A stretch of 64,000 bases of DNA from Nitrospirota bacterium. Lineage in GTDB: Bacteria > Nitrospirota > Nitrospiria > Nitrospirales > Nitrospiraceae. Below the pieces are notes generated by a model. That model was not told the DNA's origin and searched no databases. It was given only the letters and a program-made list of their open reading frames with translations. The stretch covers positions 128,001-192,000 of the forward strand of contig CAVPBK010000001.1 of the NCBI GenBank assembly GCA_963701855.1. The letters run 5' to 3'. The position numbers and the translations under genes were made by a program. This document shows, piece after piece, positions 41,130-51,216 of this stretch. Position 1 is the first letter of the stretch. Every line of letters begins with the position of its first letter.

Positions 41130-41669
41130 CTACTTGGTTCGATGCTTGTGGCCGACCGATTGTGGGTGGCCAACCACTCCTGTGGGCGCCTTAGCTCCAT
41201 CCGGCCAGAGATGGAAGATGATCCCGTCTGTCTGGGCTGCAACTGCGGCAACTTCCTTGGCTTGCGCCTCCGGCATATCGAGAATCTGGACACGACCGGT
41301 GGCAATCTCTACCTCGTGGTCATGGTAGTACTTGTTCCAGGCTTTCAGCGGTACATCCTTCCGCGAAACGGACTTGGCAACGAAATACTCGACATCCGTG
41401 AGCCTCGCATTGGGATCGGTCGATTCAAACAGCAGACATTGCAGGATTTCTGGAGAAATTCCCTTGCAGTAATGGTGATAGGGGCCGTGCACGGTACCGT
41501 CTTCAAATTTGTGCGGGGCCATGACATGAAGGGTAAAGCCATCGGCCGGACCCGGCTTCTTCTCCGCCGCCGGAGCGGCTGGAACAGGGGCATGTTCCTG
41601 GGCCACCGCCGCTCCCATAGAGAACACAGCAAAACTCAGTACCGACGCGAGACTCAATGCTCGAATCAT
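41130..41669 (-). CDS. Exported DUF1264/OBAP family protein
   Basis: HHYCK...QCLLFES...VEYFV...HDHEVEI. Confidence 0.8.
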   Translation of the reverse strand: MIRALSLASVLSFAVFSMGAAVAQEHAPVPAAPAAEKKPGPADGFTLHVMAPHKFEDGTVHGPYHHYCKGISPEILQCLLFESTDPNARLTDVEYFVAKSVSRKDVPLKAWNKYYHDHEVEIATGRVQILDMPEAQAKEVAAVAAQTDGIIFHLWPDGAKAPTGVVGHPQSVGHKHRTK

Positions 41670-41873
41670 AATGACCTCCTAGGGGTTTGATGGGTCTTCG
41701 CCCAGTTCATCTAGGCCGAGAAAGACTCTGCACATTCGACTGACTGTGTGAGACAAGTAGCCTCAAATGGATTCAACATATTTGCGGAAAGCTAGAAATC
41801 TGAATTGAACATTCAACATAAAAGTTGAGCCTTACTGTTACCGGCCGCAGGCATCGCCCTCACAACCGCCCGT

Positions 41874-42426
41874 CTACTGGCCGCCCATGCCTTCCATCCC
41901 ACCTCTCCGTCCGCCGTGTCCCATGCCGCCCATGCCGCCACCCGGCCCCATCATTGGTCCCATGCCTTCTCCACGCCCCATCATACCAGGCTCATGCTCA
42001 CCACCGAAGTTACGTATGTACTGGATGAGAGTCCATATCTCTTCGTCCGTCAGTTGCCCCCCAAATCCAACCATGGCAGTACCGGACGATCCGTGCTTGA
42101 TCACCCAGAAGACTTCGCCTTCCGTACGATGGCGCCAGAATCCGTGGTGCCGGAAATTGCGAGGCGATGGATTCAGTTGGGCAGCCAATGGCCCATTGCC
42201 GTCCCCGTCTTTCCCATGGCAGTTGAAGCAGGCGCCCTTGCCATCGTAGATTGCCTTGCCCTGCGCAACAGTCTCAGGGGATTTCGGCAAAGGGCTCGTG
42301 AGTGCGCGCGCTTCAGCCAACTTGTCGGCCGGCACCAGCTGACTGCATCATGTGCCGTTCGGCGGCCCCAGCGGGAATGGCAAGAGAAGCCACGAAGACC
42401 AGCAACAAAAACACCCTCGACTTCAT
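41874..42426 (-). CDS. Monohaem cytochrome c with Met/Gly-rich tail, frameshift near 42342
   Basis: AGGAGG RBS and signal MKSRVFLLLVFVASLAIPAGAAERHMMQ are out of frame with VPADKLAEARA...CFNCH. Confidence 0.8.
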
Positions 42427-42486
42427 CACCTTCCTCCTTTGGCTGGCTGATGTGGAGCGTCGACCACCACCGCGCACAGACATACC

Positions 42487-42933
42487 TTATTGGGCAACAT
42501 TCGATTCGATGTCGACGCCAAGGCCGATCCAGGCCCGCAACAGATCGTGGCGCGTGATCGTGTAGACCACCTTGCCGTTTCTCTCAATCGGCAGATTGAT
42601 GAGCCGTTTGTCCTCCATCAGCTTCACGGCATCCTCGATGTTGGTGTCATCGGTCACGGAAATGCGGTCTTTCACCATAATGTCCTCTGCGGCCAGCCGG
42701 TTCAGATCCTTCCCCGCTTCCAACGCCCGAAGAATGTCGAACTCGCTGATGAATCCGGCGAACCTCCCCTCTCCGTCGACCACTGGCGCTCCCGGCGTAT
42801 GGGTCGCAAGCAACTCAACGGCGATCCCCATTGCATTCTGTTTTCGAGTAAACACAAGATCGTTCGTGGCACGCACTTGTCCAATCGTCTTGAACCCTCC
42901 GGCAGGAACACCCGGTCTACCTAACGTTGTCAT
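42487..42933 (-). CDS. CBS-pair protein
   Basis: GAPVVDGEGRFAGFISEFDIL; AEDIM; ITRHDLL. Confidence 0.9.
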   Translation of the reverse strand: MTTLGRPGVPAGGFKTIGQVRATNDLVFTRKQNAMGIAVELLATHTPGAPVVDGEGRFAGFISEFDILRALEAGKDLNRLAAEDIMVKDRISVTDDTNIEDAVKLMEDKRLINLPIERNGKVVYTITRHDLLRAWIGLGVDIESNVAQ

Positions 42934-43224
42934 GACAACCTCCTCTTCGTGTGATTCTGATCATTGTGACCGATGACCCCGCACCGGCCCTCTTCGCTCC
43001 GCATCTGTTTATGTCCATCCTCTGCCACGATGCAACAAATGCGTCGTGCGCCAAGCTTTTCTTAGACATCCCGTACACTCTTCGTTTCACTCGTCCCTCT
43101 TGATGTGAGTCACGTGCATGAAATTGGATTCAAGGATTTCATGCCAACTCTCACGTACGCACGCAATGGAGGCAGGACTCAACTTTAGGATGGTGCAAGG
43201 CATCTCATCTGCCGGACTGATGCC

Positions 43225-43851
43225 CTAATGTTGATGCGCAGCTGCCCCCTCTTTCCCAGGTCCTCCACTTGTCCCATGCCCTCCGCCTTGCATCTCGCTC
43301 ATTCCACTCATCCCACCGGTATGCTGGCCCTCTCCCCCCATCATCATCTCCATCATCTTGTCCCGCATTGCGTGAGATTTCTCACGCTGTTCGGGAGTCA
43401 ATAACGCCATCGCGTCGCGCCTCGACTTGATCGCCATGAACAAAAGACCGCCTTCCGCCTTCTTGAGTTGGTCCACCTTGGCCTGGATCGATGCCGAGTC
43501 GGCCTTCTCGTCCTCGACCAACGCATGCAACTCGAGTGTTGCCACCTTGATGTCGGCTTCCGCTCTGGCCTGCGCGCGACCCAGGTCAAGCTGCATGGTT
43601 GTCAGCTTGCTGATTTGCTCCGATGTGAGGCCGATCTCCTTCCCATGCTTGAGAAAATGCTTCAGGCCATAGCTGCTGTGTTCGTCCTGTTTACTTTGAT
43701 CGTAGCCTTCACACATGTGGCCACACATCATTCCTCCATGGCCTCCATCCGCTCGAACAGTTTGGACATTAGGACCGAGGAGTACCACTGATCCCCATAC
43801 CAGGATAGCTGCATATCGAAAGGCATTCATCATGACTGATTCCTCCTTCAT
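43225..43851 (-). CDS. Spy/CpxP/ZraP-like periplasmic protein
   Basis: Signal peptide; IGLTSEQ and LLTPEQ motifs; Met/His/Gly-rich ends. Confidence 0.82.
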   Translation of the reverse strand: MKEESVMMNAFRYAAILVWGSVVLLGPNVQTVRADGGHGGMMCGHMCEGYDQSKQDEHSSYGLKHFLKHGKEIGLTSEQISKLTTMQLDLGRAQARAEADIKVATLELHALVEDEKADSASIQAKVDQLKKAEGGLLFMAIKSRRDAMALLTPEQREKSHAMRDKMMEMMMGGEGQHTGGMSGMSEMQGGGHGTSGGPGKEGAAAHQH

Positions 43852-43952
43852 TCGTTAGGAACACTGGAGCGTTGGGGCGAAACGCTACTGCGGCAAAACG
43901 CGTAAAAAGGGAGCCAGGCTGGCCATTTGAGCATGTCGCGTTCGTCCATTCG

Positions 43953-45011
43953 TTACAAATCTAACTCCACCATCTTGCGGTGGAATCGGGCGATCACGTT
44001 GGGGTCCGGTGTCAGGCGGATCGGGGATTCCTCTTTGCCTTTGTACGGCAGCACGTTCAGCACGTACCGGAGACTTTCCAATCGCGCCGCCTGCTTGTCG
44101 TTGGCCTTGACGATAATCCAGGGGCTGAACGTCGCGTGTGTCTTGCTGAACATCTCCTCTTTGTAGCGGGTGTAGGAGTCCCACAACTCTTGCGCCTTCT
44201 CATCGACCGGGCTCAGCTTCCATTGCTTGAGCGGATCCTGCCGGCGCTCTTCGAATCGCTGCGCCTGCTCGTTCTTGGAGATGGAGAACCAAAACTTGAT
44301 GATGGTCACGCCATCCTCATAGAGCATGTGCTCGAATTCCGGAACCTGCTGCAGAAACCGCTGGTGTTCCTTCTTGTTGCAGAATCCCATCACTGGTTCG
44401 ACCACCGCCCGGTTGTACCAACTGCGGTCGAAGAACACGATCTCGCCCTTGTTGGGCAGCTGGCGGATATAGCGTTGAAAGTACCACTGCCCCCGTTCTT
44501 CATCCGACGGTTTGGGCAGCGCGACCACCCTCATGGCGCGAGGATTCAAGTGTTCGGTGAACCGGCGGATCGTGCCGCCCTTCCCGGCCGCATCCCGCCC
44601 TTCAATCAGGATCGCAATCCGCTCTCCGTTGCCCTGCACCCACCGCTGGAGCTTGACCAGTTCGACCTGTAACTGACGCAGCTCTTGCTCGTATAGCAAC
44701 GTCTTGCGCACCTCCTCGATATCGACGGCCTTGTACTCGAGCAGCTGAATGAAACCCTTTCTCGTATTGATCCGCCGAAGATCATCCTCGGTCAAGTCGC
44801 AGCCCGGTTCGCCGATACGCCCTAACCCCTGCCCGACAGATCCACGGCGCAGCATTCGATAGCCGTCCCCTTGCCGTGGCACCATCGTTGGAATGGTCTC
44901 CAGCTCATTGACATCGAGACGCCCCTGTTCCACGCGCTCATCGATGTCCACCTCATCCCGCCGACCCGCTCGGCTCTTTGACTTTCCAGTCGATTCGCCA
45001 TCAGCTGCCAT
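43953..45011 (-). CDS. ppk2: Polyphosphate kinase 2
   Basis: EGRDAAGKGG, GQWYFQRY, FDRSWYNR, KQWKLSPVD. Confidence 0.96.
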   Translation of the reverse strand: MAADGESTGKSKSRAGRRDEVDIDERVEQGRLDVNELETIPTMVPRQGDGYRMLRRGSVGQGLGRIGEPGCDLTEDDLRRINTRKGFIQLLEYKAVDIEEVRKTLLYEQELRQLQVELVKLQRWVQGNGERIAILIEGRDAAGKGGTIRRFTEHLNPRAMRVVALPKPSDEERGQWYFQRYIRQLPNKGEIVFFDRSWYNRAVVEPVMGFCNKKEHQRFLQQVPEFEHMLYEDGVTIIKFWFSISKNEQAQRFEERRQDPLKQWKLSPVDEKAQELWDSYTRYKEEMFSKTHATFSPWIIVKANDKQAARLESLRYVLNVLPYKGKEESPIRLTPDPNVIARFHRKMVELDL

Positions 45012-45038
45012 ATTGAGATTCCCTTCTTCGTCGCAAAA

Positions 45039-45398
45039 TCAGAATGCCACGTTCCGATCTCGTTCGGCGACGGCCTTGATATAGTCTGCCATGCCCTTGA
45101 TCGTTGCGCCCGCGACCAGATCCCCGGCACCGATCTGCCGCGCCACGGCGCAGGCCCCGCAGACCCAGATGGGAATATTCGCCACTTGCACGGCTGCCAG
45201 CAAATCTTTGAGCGGCGTCAGATTCACCCCTGTCACATGATCCGCAGTTCCTTTGCGCCCGATTGTCACGGCTTCATTCCAGAGCCAGAGCACGACCTCA
45301 TGCCCCTGCTCCTTCGCGACCTTCGCTGCCATGAACGGCAACGTCGCCATCGTGGGATCGTCCGTGCCCCGGCTACCTGAAATAATAAATGTCGCCAT
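45039..45398 (-). CDS. DsrE family protein
   Basis: DDPTMATLPF...LWNEAV...IWVCGACAVARQI. Confidence 0.88.
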   Translation of the reverse strand: MATFIISGSRGTDDPTMATLPFMAAKVAKEQGHEVVLWLWNEAVTIGRKGTADHVTGVNLTPLKDLLAAVQVANIPIWVCGACAVARQIGAGDLVAGATIKGMADYIKAVAERDRNVAF

Positions 45399-45539
45399 GT
45401 TTTCCTCCTTCGTCGCTCGTCGATCACGGACGCGAAATGCGAGACGTGCGGGACGGACACAACTCTAAGGCTGAAGGTCGGGGTTCTACCTTCCGATCGC
45501 TTCAGCCTTCAGCCTTCTGACCACCTCACCCCTTACGCC

Positions 45540-46947
45540 CTATTTGGCTAGCGATCGGACGTAGTGAATCAGCTGCCACACCTGCTCATCAGGCAACCCG
45601 GGAAACGGCATCATCCCTGTTCCAGGCGAACCGTTCTTGATGATCCAGAACAGTTGACCATCGGGAATGTCCTTCATCATCGCGCCACAAGTAAAATTTC
45701 GCGGCGGCGGGACCAAGGCTGCCCCCATAATTCCCTTCCCGTCACCCTGTTCTCCATGGCACATCGCACAGGCCACTGGTTGGGCTGTCTTCAAGTAGAG
45801 CGTCTTCCCTGCCTGAATTGCTCCGGCAGATGCAGGAAGCATATTCGTCTTGGCCAAGAACTCGTCCGGCGCCATTGCCGTCTTGCGCAGCTGCACACAG
45901 GCTCCACTCTGCCCTCCGCTCGGAGCGGCCGCCATGTCCGGCACCCCCTTAAACGTCACTTTCAAGTAGGCCATCACATCGGCCACGCCCTGTTGCCCTA
46001 TGGTCAAATTCCAATAGGGCATATTCGGGGATTTGCCTATCGCCACCCCGCCATGATTGATGACGTTGTAGAGATACTCCATCGGAAGTTTCTCAAATGG
46101 AATGTTGGCATGAATCGCCGGCTTGGGCTCCAGACCGGAAGCCGCCGGGCCATCCCCCTTGCCTGTCGCGCCGTGACACTGCGAGCAATATTCTTTATAA
46201 ATCACCTTCCCGCGATCCACGCTGGCCATTCCAAACTCCGGGCTCGTCCAGGGCTCGTAATATTTAAAGTCCTTCACTCCCTGCACCATGAGAAAGCCGA
46301 TCACCGCGCGGAGCTGTGGCTCCGTCGCATCAGCGAGGAACTCGCCACTGTGCGGCACGAAGTCTTGTGGATTCAGCCCGAAACGAAAGAGCCAATCCTG
46401 GTCGTACCTCTGTCCGGCCGCCACGAGTGATGCGCTCTGCGGGCCGCCGATGAACTTGCCGTTCTCTTCGATCACGTGACAGCCAAGGCAGGCATGCGCC
46501 TTGTAGGCCATCCCGCCGAACGCGGCCTCGAACTTCGTCACCTTCGAGAGATCGAACGCGCCGACTTTGACTCGCGAATCCTTGTTGTGCTCAGCAAAGT
46601 AGTCGGCAATGGCATTGGCCTCCAACTCAGTAACCATTGGATGCTTCGACGGAGCCTCGCTCAGATCCCATCGATAGCCCTTGGCATACAATGGCGCTTC
46701 TTTGCCCGTCAGCCACCGGATCAACCAGGACCGTTGATACTTGCTGCCGGCCCAGATGAGGTCGGGCGCCTTGAGATTGAAACGAGAGTCGGCCTGGCCT
46801 TCCAGCCGGTGGCATTGCACGCAAGTCTGCTGGATAATTTCTTTCGCTCGCGGACTGATCGCTCGCGAACGACAGATGAGGGGATGACATCAGCCCCACG
46901 AACGCGAGTAGCGCACCTCCGATAACAACCCCTCTTCTCAACTTCAT
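45540..46947 (-). CDS. Tetrahaem multidomain cytochrome c, frameshift near 46851
   Basis: Signal MKLRRGVVIGG...; after the shift RAKEIIQQTCVQCH, then CLGCH, CSQCH, CAMCH. Confidence 0.85.
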
Positions 46948-46987
46948 ATCGCGCCCCCTTTTATCTTGAGTGCCCTCGTCTGATCCC

Positions 46988-47605
46988 TTACCTCGTCACT
47001 AGCCACGCATGAATATCGGCAATGTCCTGAGGACTCAGCACTGAACCCCACGCAGGCATCGCCCCTCGTCCATGCAGGACCGTCTCCGTAAACAGATCCT
47101 CATGTTTAAGAATTGGAATCTTCACCAGCTTCGGGCCCATACCGCCTATCGCCATGGCGCCATGACAGGCCTGGCAATTGTGTTCAAAAATACCGGCTCC
47201 TCTGGCCGGGTCCCCCTTGAGCTGATCTTCAGCCACCATCTCCTGCGTGAGCGGCTCCGCCTTCCTCAATTCACTGTCGAGCGGCGGCAGTCGATCCGGC
47301 GCGCCCGGGTGATACCGCGCCGACAGATACCGCACGAGCAGGTCTGTCTCGTCCTTGGAAATCTCCGCACCCCAATGTTCCATTTTCCCGACCGTGGCCT
47401 CCCATCGCGCGCGAGGCAACCGCTGTTGTACGATGAGATCAGCGCTGTGACAGACGGAACAGCGCGCGATAATCAGTCCCTCTGCACGTAGCGCCAACGA
47501 GGCGCTGACCGTTGCCATATCTTCCTCTTGCGCTGCCGTCACAACGGCCAGGCCCGCAAGTCCGATCACCAATGAGAACATAATGCTTCCGCTAACCTTC
47601 GTCAT
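46988..47605 (-). CDS. Dihaem cytochrome c, SorB/SorU-like partner of sulfite oxidase
   Basis: CSVCH...QQRLPRARWEATVGKMEHWGA, then CQACH; overlaps the sorA stop. Confidence 0.82.
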   Translation of the reverse strand: MTKVSGSIMFSLVIGLAGLAVVTAAQEEDMATVSASLALRAEGLIIARCSVCHSADLIVQQRLPRARWEATVGKMEHWGAEISKDETDLLVRYLSARYHPGAPDRLPPLDSELRKAEPLTQEMVAEDQLKGDPARGAGIFEHNCQACHGAMAIGGMGPKLVKIPILKHEDLFTETVLHGRGAMPAWGSVLSPQDIADIHAWLVTR

Positions 47606-48801
47606 AGAGCCACCGTCACCGAGACGTGATCCCACCCATTCCACAAAAACCCGCTTGGGTTCCAAGGAGTCGTTGCCGGTTGCGTCGCTCCCCGCACATC
47701 GGTCGCGCGGCAGAGAATGGTGAACGTGCCGGCGGTCTCGGCCTTCCAGACGAATTGCCATCGTCGCCATGCGTAGGGATGATCTTCCCCCACCAGCCGC
47801 GCTGTGTCCCACGTTTTCCCTTCATCGAACGACACTTCGACTTTCGCAACCTTGACTTCTCCGCCCCACGCCACGCCTTGAATAATAACGAGACCGGACT
47901 TCACGGTCTCGCCCTCTTGCGGCGCCGCGACGAGTGACTTCACCACCATCGCTTCCACCGGGATCGACTGTCCGCTCGCTGCTGCGCCCTGTTCCACAGG
48001 CGTCGTCGGCATACGATAGGCCGTCTGCATGTAAAACCCCTTCGCCTCCTCGGCCTGCACTGTGATATCCGTCAGCCACTTGGTGCACGAATCCGCCATC
48101 CAGCCCGGCGTAATCACTCGTAATGGCGCTCCATGCAACAAAGGGAGCGGACGCCCGTTCATCTCATAGGCGAGAATCGTGTCCGGATGAAGGGCTTTCT
48201 TCAGTGGAATACTTCTGGTAAACAGCGGCACAGAGGCCACGACCGGTCGATCCGCTCCTTTGAACTGCACATGATGCGCTCCGGCTTGAACCCCGGCCTT
48301 GGCTAACACGTCCCTCAGCCGCACCCCCGTCCATTGCGCATTTCCGACCGCCCCACGCTCCCATTGAACGCCAGGGACCTTGGGCCGATGAAATGCGCGA
48401 CCATTGCCGCTGCATTGCACGACAGCCGTGACGGCGATTTCTTCGCTCTGCTTCAACTCTTTGAGCGTGAAGGTCCGTGGTCGGTCCACCATACCGCTCA
48501 CGCTCAGTCTCCAGTTCGGATCGGAAATCAGTTCTGCAGGAGGCGGGCCGAAGTGGCTGCGGACAAAGAAGCGGGAATTCGGCGTGAGGTAGGAAGCGAA
48601 CTCTTGCACCGGGGTTTCGGCATCCAACGGTCGCGCCACGCGCACAGTAAGGCGGTCGGTCTCATTCTTCAAGACATCGCGCTCCTCAGCCTGCGCGCGT
48701 GGGATCACGTGGCCCAGCGCGAGTGTAACGCCCAGCCCCTGGACGGCCCTTTTCAGCAAGGTCCGCCGCGACAGAGACCGGGAGGCCGATTCTTCTTTCA
48801 T
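47602..48801 (-). CDS. sorA: Tat-exported sulfite oxidase family molybdoenzyme
   Basis: SRRTLLK Tat motif, FFVRSH, Moco Cys in QCSGNGR, HGAPLR, dimerisation domain, WNPSGFLWN. Confidence 0.9.
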   Translation of the reverse strand: MKEESASRSLSRRTLLKRAVQGLGVTLALGHVIPRAQAEERDVLKNETDRLTVRVARPLDAETPVQEFASYLTPNSRFFVRSHFGPPPAELISDPNWRLSVSGMVDRPRTFTLKELKQSEEIAVTAVVQCSGNGRAFHRPKVPGVQWERGAVGNAQWTGVRLRDVLAKAGVQAGAHHVQFKGADRPVVASVPLFTRSIPLKKALHPDTILAYEMNGRPLPLLHGAPLRVITPGWMADSCTKWLTDITVQAEEAKGFYMQTAYRMPTTPVEQGAAASGQSIPVEAMVVKSLVAAPQEGETVKSGLVIIQGVAWGGEVKVAKVEVSFDEGKTWDTARLVGEDHPYAWRRWQFVWKAETAGTFTILCRATDVRGATQPATTPWNPSGFLWNGWDHVSVTVAL

Positions 48802-49214
48802 GACGGTTTGTCTCCACGGTGATGGGGATTGAGTTCGATCGCCACGCCGGCAGGCACCGCGATGGATTGATGCACGGTGCAGCCATGCGCCACCTTGAGG
48901 AGCCGCTCGCTGTGTTCGGCCGTGACGCGGTGCGGCAAGTGAATCGCCAGTGTGACCTGGCCCACCCGATGCGGCTGTTCCGCCATGGTCCATTCCGCCT
49001 CGACGCTTAACCCTTTGGTCGAGATCTGATGGCGGTCACAGTAGCGACCCACGAAATAACCGACACAACCGGCGAGTGAACCGACAAAGAGTTCGACAGG
49101 ACTCATGCCGGCATCCTGCCCGCCATCTTCGACCGGCTGATCGGTCACGACCCGGTGCTTGCCGCTCGTGATGTCATGGCGAGTCCCGCCATGGTAGGCC
49201 ACGGTAAGTTTCAT
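48798..49214 (-). CDS. OsmC family protein
   Basis: TDQPVEDGGQDAGMSPVELFVGSLAGC...CTVHQSI. Confidence 0.9.
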   Translation of the reverse strand: MKLTVAYHGGTRHDITSGKHRVVTDQPVEDGGQDAGMSPVELFVGSLAGCVGYFVGRYCDRHQISTKGLSVEAEWTMAEQPHRVGQVTLAIHLPHRVTAEHSERLLKVAHGCTVHQSIAVPAGVAIELNPHHRGDKPS

Positions 49215-49261
49215 TGTGACCGCTCCTGACGCTTCACGTTTAACCTTTTATGCCTCACTCA

Positions 49262-50101
49262 CTAATACGGTGCATCCGCTGGCTTGCCGCCCTTCGGCCA
49301 ATCGTTCGATTTGCCTGGAAAATCCGGCCGCGGTTGAGCGTTGATATAGGCGGCGACATCGTATGCATCGTCATCCGACAGGCTCCAGCCCCAGCTACGC
49401 GGCATGTTCGATTTGATAAAAGCGGCAGCAACGCTCACCTGCACCATGCCTGAGCCAATCGTGTAGGACTGCGGCCCCCACACCGGCGGCGCCGTCATCG
49501 TTCCCAGGCCGTCGGAGCCATGACAGAAGACACATTTGCTCGCAAACACTTTCTTACCGTTGTCTGAATCGAGTGGTCGCTGTGAGGCAATGCGCTGGAG
49601 GCCCCGCCAAGGCAACGTCGCACCGCTCGGCACTCCGCGTGAGAGCCAGGTGATATAGGCCACGACGGCCTGGAGCTTGGAACTGTCCGGCGGAAGCGCT
49701 CGCCCATTCAGGTTCCGTTCGAAACACTCGTTGACACGATCAGCGAGCGTATTCACCCGCCCGCTGCGGGGACGGTACTCGGGATAGACCGCGGCAAGAC
49801 CGACGAATGAGGCGGCGTTCGGGTTGAGCCCGCCGTCGAGATGACAGTTGGTGCAGTTGAGGCGATTGCCGGCATAAGGCTGGCCATACTCCTGTGTATT
49901 GACAACAATCAGATAACCAAGCCGAATCTGTTCACCAAGTTGACTCCCTGGAATAGTTTCCGGAGAGGGCGGAGAAAATTCTATCGGCGTACTGCCGGTT
50001 TGACCGGCCCCACGAGGCTCCTCGGTCATGACCCGAGCACTCTCGCCTGAACAGCTCAAGAGCACAGCCACCCCAAGAATAGCTGACAACAGCCGTATCA
50101 T
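49262..50101 (-). CDS. tsdA: TsdA-type dihaem thiosulfate dehydrogenase (lipoprotein)
   Basis: LNCTNCHLDGG, YPEYRPR, catalytic Cys in RVNECFER, CVFCHG, PPVWGPQSY..G.GM, NMP, DVAAYINAQPRP. Confidence 0.85.
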   Translation of the reverse strand: MIRLLSAILGVAVLLSCSGESARVMTEEPRGAGQTGSTPIEFSPPSPETIPGSQLGEQIRLGYLIVVNTQEYGQPYAGNRLNCTNCHLDGGLNPNAASFVGLAAVYPEYRPRSGRVNTLADRVNECFERNLNGRALPPDSSKLQAVVAYITWLSRGVPSGATLPWRGLQRIASQRPLDSDNGKKVFASKCVFCHGSDGLGTMTAPPVWGPQSYTIGSGMVQVSVAAAFIKSNMPRSWGWSLSDDDAYDVAAYINAQPRPDFPGKSNDWPKGGKPADAPY

Positions 50102-50274
50102 GCTTCTCTCTTGTGCCAAGACTGTGCCACTAACAGAGGTAACTAGCCTATTATTTATCCCGTCAAATCAGCCGATTAGCCGTCAACGTCCGATCGCCCT
50201 GGAGCTAAAAGCCACAGTGCTGACCCAGTGATTGTTGCGGGATGCCACAGGAGACTAGCGAGGGGCTCACCGAC

Positions 50275-50307
50275 CGGCCATCGTAGCCGAAATGGCTACG
50301 ATGGCCG
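50275..50307. terminator. Perfect 14-bp hairpin downstream of sodC
   Basis: CGGCCATCGTAGCC-GAAAT-GGCTACGATGGCCG; no clear U-tract. Confidence 0.5.
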
Positions 50308-50368
50308 TGAACGACAGACTATCCGGCAAAGGAGAATAATGAAGATTTGATCAAGCGTAGGCGAGCGT

Positions 50369-50950
50369 TCACTCCTTCACAATCACACCGCACGCGATGC
50401 GAGGCCCGCCTGGCGCATCCTTTGTCACAGGATCAGGCAGATACTTATCGTCAAACTCATGGATAATGAAGGCGCTCCCATCCTTATCGAAGAGGGTGTT
50501 CAACCCCTCGGACAAAGTCACCCTGCTCGTGATTGTATACAGCGACCCGTTCCGATCATCGTTCACGGAGAGGTTCTGGAGATCGCCGAGATGGTAGGGA
50601 TGGTTCCCTAATCCTGGTGTGACGTTCGCCTCCGGATTTATTGCCGCATCCACATTCCCATCATAATGCCCCTTAGCCGCTGCGAAGGGTTCACAGTTGC
50701 CGACCTCGTGAATGTGGATCGCATGGCGTCCTGGCTTCAACTTGCTTTCCGGCGTGCCGGTGAGCTTCAGCTTGATCGTGACGCGCCCTTCATACTTCTC
50801 ATAGAGATGCGCCTCGCCCGTAATACCGGGACCGGCGATGACGGCCTTCGCATGCAAGGGGGTCTCGAGCTTGCCCTTATAATACGAGCAGCCGGCAAAC
50901 GGCACGAGTGCCGACACCACAATCGCAGTTCCCACAAGTATCCGATTCAT
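50369..50950 (-). CDS. sodC: Cu/Zn superoxide dismutase (lipoprotein)
   Basis: HAIHIHE, GHY, HLGDLQNL, IIHE, GGPRIACG. Confidence 0.93.
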   Translation of the reverse strand: MNRILVGTAIVVSALVPFAGCSYYKGKLETPLHAKAVIAGPGITGEAHLYEKYEGRVTIKLKLTGTPESKLKPGRHAIHIHEVGNCEPFAAAKGHYDGNVDAAINPEANVTPGLGNHPYHLGDLQNLSVNDDRNGSLYTITSRVTLSEGLNTLFDKDGSAFIIHEFDDKYLPDPVTKDAPGGPRIACGVIVKE

Positions 50951-51019
50951 GCATCCTCCTTGGTTATTCGATTCTCAGACGACACGACCGGCCTTAATTC
51001 GGTCGATCGGGTATCCTAG

Positions 51020-51185
51020 CAGAATGTTGAAAAAGTTCGCCAACAGCTTTTGTTCATTTGGTCTGTTCGGTCTATTTGGTTTATCTGATTGATCTGGTTT
51101 GTTTTGTTTATCTGGTTGATTTCGTTCATCCGGTTAGTTTCGTTCAACCAACAACCAAACAAACCAAATGAACCAGATTAACTAG
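51020..51185. repeat. Family B end plus 9-bp tandem palindromic repeat
   Basis: CTAG then CAGAATGTTGAAAAAGTTCGCC, followed by T-rich and then A-rich 9-mers. Confidence 0.65.
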
Positions 51186-51216
51186 TTTCGCCTCACGCCA
51201 TGTATAGAGGCTCAGT

